Below are positions 61,498 to 64,000 of a DNA stretch of 64,000 nt, one piece after another. Each line of letters begins with the position of its first letter. Within the stretch, counting starts at the first letter, position 1. The DNA is from a virus. The notes below the pieces were generated by a model. That model saw nothing but the letters and a program-made list of their open reading frames with translations, did not search any database and had not been told where the DNA came from. The stretch lies in IMG/VR virus record IMGVR_UViG_3300009161_000033, positions 28,037-92,036 of that record, one strand, 5' to 3'. Position numbers and translations under genes: made by a program.

Positions 61498-61545
61498 TAT
61501 ACATTTAAATAATAGTTATTATATTTTCTCCATAAGACCTTTCTT

Positions 61546-62013
61546 ATGGAGAATTTTTTTAATTATATAACAAAACCATTAACCCCTGAAGACGTAGACG
61601 TTTGGTTCAGGAGTAATAATATAATTCCTGAAAAAATGGAGTTATATTCTGATTTTAGTCACTCACTAAACATTCTGATAGTTGATACCTATCTTGGTGA
61701 ACAACCTCAATCTAATGAGACTAAAATTACATTATCTGAAGAGGATAATGAGAAACACTTTGAATGGTGTTGGAATAAAATCGTAGATAACTTTAAGAAA
61801 GAAGGGTTGACTTTTAACAACAAAGGTGAACACTACGACTACTTTAAATCATTCTTTGATGAGATATTTTACAATCAAAAAGATGAGAAGGTTAGAAAGT
61901 CTATTTCGGGTTTTTTTAACGACCTGTTTGATGTTAAAAAACCATTTACAAAATCGGATTTAGATATGATTTCAACAATATATAAAATATTGGACAAACA
62001 TATGAACATATAA
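61546..62013 (+). CDS. Hypothetical protein
   Basis: Clean ORF, no family recognised. Confidence 0.6.
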   Translation: MENFFNYITKPLTPEDVDVWFRSNNIIPEKMELYSDFSHSLNILIVDTYLGEQPQSNETKITLSEEDNEKHFEWCWNKIVDNFKKEGLTFNNKGEHYDYFKSFFDEIFYNQKDEKVRKSISGFFNDLFDVKKPFTKSDLDMISTIYKILDKHMNI

Positions 62014-62087
62014 AAAATCCCTGTAGTGTTTACTATAGGGTAAATAAAATTAACTTTTAAGTAATAAAAAAAATAAACTAAACAACA

Positions 62088-62270
62088 ATGGAAACTTTAG
62101 AACAAATCAAAACATTGACCGAGGAATTATCAGTTGATGCGACAAAATTTTTCAAAGGGAATAAAAGTGCTGGGACTAGAGCAAGAAAATCTGCACAAGT
62201 TTTAAAAGACTTACTACAAACTTTGAGAAAAGAAATTTTGGAAGAAAAAAAAGGTGCTGAGAATGAATAA
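62088..62270 (+). CDS. Histone H1-like (Hc1-family) nucleoid protein
   Basis: DATKFFKGNKSAGTRARKSAQ.LK..LRKEI matches the Hc1/Bacteroidota 'histone H1' motif. Confidence 0.75.
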   Translation: METLEQIKTLTEELSVDATKFFKGNKSAGTRARKSAQVLKDLLQTLRKEILEEKKGAENE

Positions 62271-62451
62271 TTTAGATACTATATTTTTATTTGTATTTAT
62301 ATTTTCGGTATTGACCGTGATAAGAATGGTCTTTCGCTTTATAAGAGCCCTATCACTAACACCCCCAACTAAGTTGGTGTTAAGTGGTAGGGAACTTATC
62401 TTCTTAGGTCTATCAGTCACCTATTGTTTAACTTATTTAATACGACATTAA
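62263..62451 (+). CDS. Small two-TM membrane protein
   Basis: Two hydrophobic segments; start ATG 62263. Confidence 0.55.
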   Translation: MNNLDTIFLFVFIFSVLTVIRMVFRFIRALSLTPPTKLVLSGRELIFLGLSVTYCLTYLIRH

Positions 62452-62453
62452 TC

Positions 62454-62894
62454 ATGAGCTTATATAAAGAATTTTCAACATTATTCCCTTATCTACAATC
62501 AGTTAGGAAGATTAAAACTTACCTTAGTTTTGATATTAGTTTCCCTACTTCATGGAAACTACCTAAGAAGTTTGTAAACGAAGAAAAGGTTATGGAACAA
62601 ACCTCATCAGTTCAAAATGAAAGATTATTTTCATTTGTTTGTGAAATAACAGAAAATGATATTGAGACAATATCATCAAACATCCAAAGTATTATCAAGT
62701 ATAATCTTGATAGGGAGGAGAAAGAACGACTTTTTGAAACAAAAGTTAACGAGTTAAAGATGATTTTTGAAAAACAAAATTTGTCTAATTTAAAAAATTT
62801 AGAATTTGACATTAAAACAGGTAAAATAGAATTAATTGACAATGAAGAAGAAATCAGAACAACAACTGGAGTGGTTGGAGACGGAGAGATTTAA
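62454..62894 (+). CDS. Hypothetical protein
   Basis: FDISFPTSWKLP motif, C-terminal coiled coil; start ATG 62454. Confidence 0.6.
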   Translation: MSLYKEFSTLFPYLQSVRKIKTYLSFDISFPTSWKLPKKFVNEEKVMEQTSSVQNERLFSFVCEITENDIETISSNIQSIIKYNLDREEKERLFETKVNELKMIFEKQNLSNLKNLEFDIKTGKIELIDNEEEIRTTTGVVGDGEI

Positions 62895-63027
62895 AGATAA
62901 AATAGAACTTGAAAAAAGTAAGTTATCTTTAATCAACGAACTCAAAAAATATAAAAAAGAGGATATTATTCCTAAAAAAGAAAAATTAAATTTATGGACA
63001 AGACTAAAGAAGGTGTTAATGGGGTAA
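62842..63027 (+). CDS. Hypothetical basic protein
   Basis: Overlapping ORF, ATG 62842. Confidence 0.5.
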   Translation: MKKKSEQQLEWLETERFKDKIELEKSKLSLINELKKYKKEDIIPKKEKLNLWTRLKKVLMG

Positions 63028-63260
63028 TACAAAAATTCGCAATGTTGTCCGAAGGACTTGCAGAAATACTACCAAACGCAAAATCAGTTGTTGTTTTTTC
63101 CTTAAATAAAGAAGATTTTAATTTTATTAAAATGCAAGTTAATGATTTTAGTCAAAACACAACACAATTTAAAATTGATATCTCAGGGGTTGAATTTATT
63201 TTTTTACAGGATGAGTTGTTGAATGTCTCTGAAGATAAGATTTCGGAAACCCCTTTTTAA
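62994..63260 (+). CDS. Hypothetical protein
   Basis: ORF track; overlaps the convergent gene end. Confidence 0.5.
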   Translation: MDKTKEGVNGVIQKFAMLSEGLAEILPNAKSVVVFSLNKEDFNFIKMQVNDFSQNTTQFKIDISGVEFIFLQDELLNVSEDKISETPF

Positions 63261-63843
63261 CTAATAAATCATAAAGATATTTTCGTTGGGCGGTTGAGTT
63301 GTCCTTAACCATTAAACAGTCTTTTCGTTTTTCATTGTTAAATTTTTCGGTTAAGGTATTAATGAACCTTTCAGATTCATCAATTGTTTTAAATGTGAAT
63401 AAATTAAATGTGTCATCATTTTGAACCACAATTTTATTATTTAACTTTGAGATTAGTTTAAGTCCTACAGACCCAAGGTATTTTTTGATAAAGACTTTAG
63501 TATCAATCTTTTCATTCATTGAATAGTCTACAAATAACTCCTCAATGTTGTATTTGTTAATATGAGTCATTGTGAAATCAGTATCATCTAATTTTACTTT
63601 AATTTGTCTACCGTAATAATCCTTCATAAATAACGGTAATAATGTCCCTGAAGTCCTCTCAACTAGACCAATCTCAAACTCACATTCCGAACCATTTTCC
63701 ATTTCTTTATTGAATATAACCTCATCACTTTCATTCATAAGGTTTTTGTAATATTCAAACGCACGTTTATGAGTCTTAAACTTATTGATTATTTTCTTTT
63801 TTACTTTATTCTTAAATAGGATAATTTGGTAAGTATCGTTCAT
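63196..63843 (-). CDS. Hypothetical protein
   Basis: 215-aa ORF; candidate TTTACT-N17-TATTTT promoter on the minus strand (63863-63891). Confidence 0.6.
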   Translation of the reverse strand: MNDTYQIILFKNKVKKKIINKFKTHKRAFEYYKNLMNESDEVIFNKEMENGSECEFEIGLVERTSGTLLPLFMKDYYGRQIKVKLDDTDFTMTHINKYNIEELFVDYSMNEKIDTKVFIKKYLGSVGLKLISKLNNKIVVQNDDTFNLFTFKTIDESERFINTLTEKFNNEKRKDCLMVKDNSTAQRKYLYDLLVKKGFPKSYLQRHSTTHPVKK

Positions 63844-63890
63844 TACGATTAATTATCATAACAAAATAAAAATAGTATATAGATAAGTAA

Positions 63891-64000
63891 ATGAGTCAAG
63901 AAAATTTTTATCAAATTTTGGGGGTGGATGAGAAAGCCTCTCAAGATGAAATTAAGAAAGTTTATAGAAAATTAGTAAAAGAAACACACCCTGATAAAGG
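63891..64000 (+). CDS. dnaJ: DnaJ/J-domain protein (3'-truncated)
   Basis: [37 protein letters not shown]-domain with HPD motif; not in the track. Confidence 0.88.
   Translation, partial: MSQENFYQILGVDEKASQDEIKKVYRKLVKETHPDK

Noticed and set aside
1-64000. Stop-codon reassignment as in some large Bacteroidota phages
   Set aside because: Core genes are full length and densely packed under the standard code; no fragmentation at TAG or TGA.
1-64000. tRNA/rRNA genes
   Set aside because: Intergenic gaps are short and AT-rich; no cloverleaf or T-loop pattern noticed by eye (tRNAscan not run).

Overview
AT-rich, gene-dense, mostly + strand 64 kb segment of a large contractile-tailed dsDNA phage (jumbo/huge myovirus with T4-like core functions), most likely infecting Bacteroidota. 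Host evidence: a Bacteroidota-type RpoD sigma factor preceded by a TTTG-N20-TATATTTG promoter, SprB repeats, a DUF6576-like domain, an Hc1/'histone H1'-like protein, and A-rich start regions without Shine-Dalgarno. Order: baseplate hub module (1-9.3 kb); replication/recombination/RNR block (ssb, recA/uvsX, 5'-3' exonuclease, helicase, nrdB, nrdA; 10.4-18.6 kb); baseplate wedge, tail and fibre genes (19.9-43 kb); RuvC; an inverted Cys/Pro/Thr-rich cassette; primase, exonuclease and SbcD/SbcC; sigma factor; putative lysis genes; probable head-internal proteins; Hc1-like protein; truncated DnaJ. The most striking candidate system is a phage-encoded glycosyltransferase with the motif pattern of plant/algal peptide O-glycosyltransferases (SGT1/HPAT, GT96/GT95). 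It sits among virion proteins that carry mucin/extensin-like TPTPT and poly-Thr tracts, SprB repeats and a shuffled Cys-rich module, suggesting a possible virion O-glycosylation system. Also visible: three promoter classes, including a TATTTAT late-type motif at fixed spacing to ATG, and polyprotein-like head proteins. All assignments come from motif recognition by eye; no searches were run.
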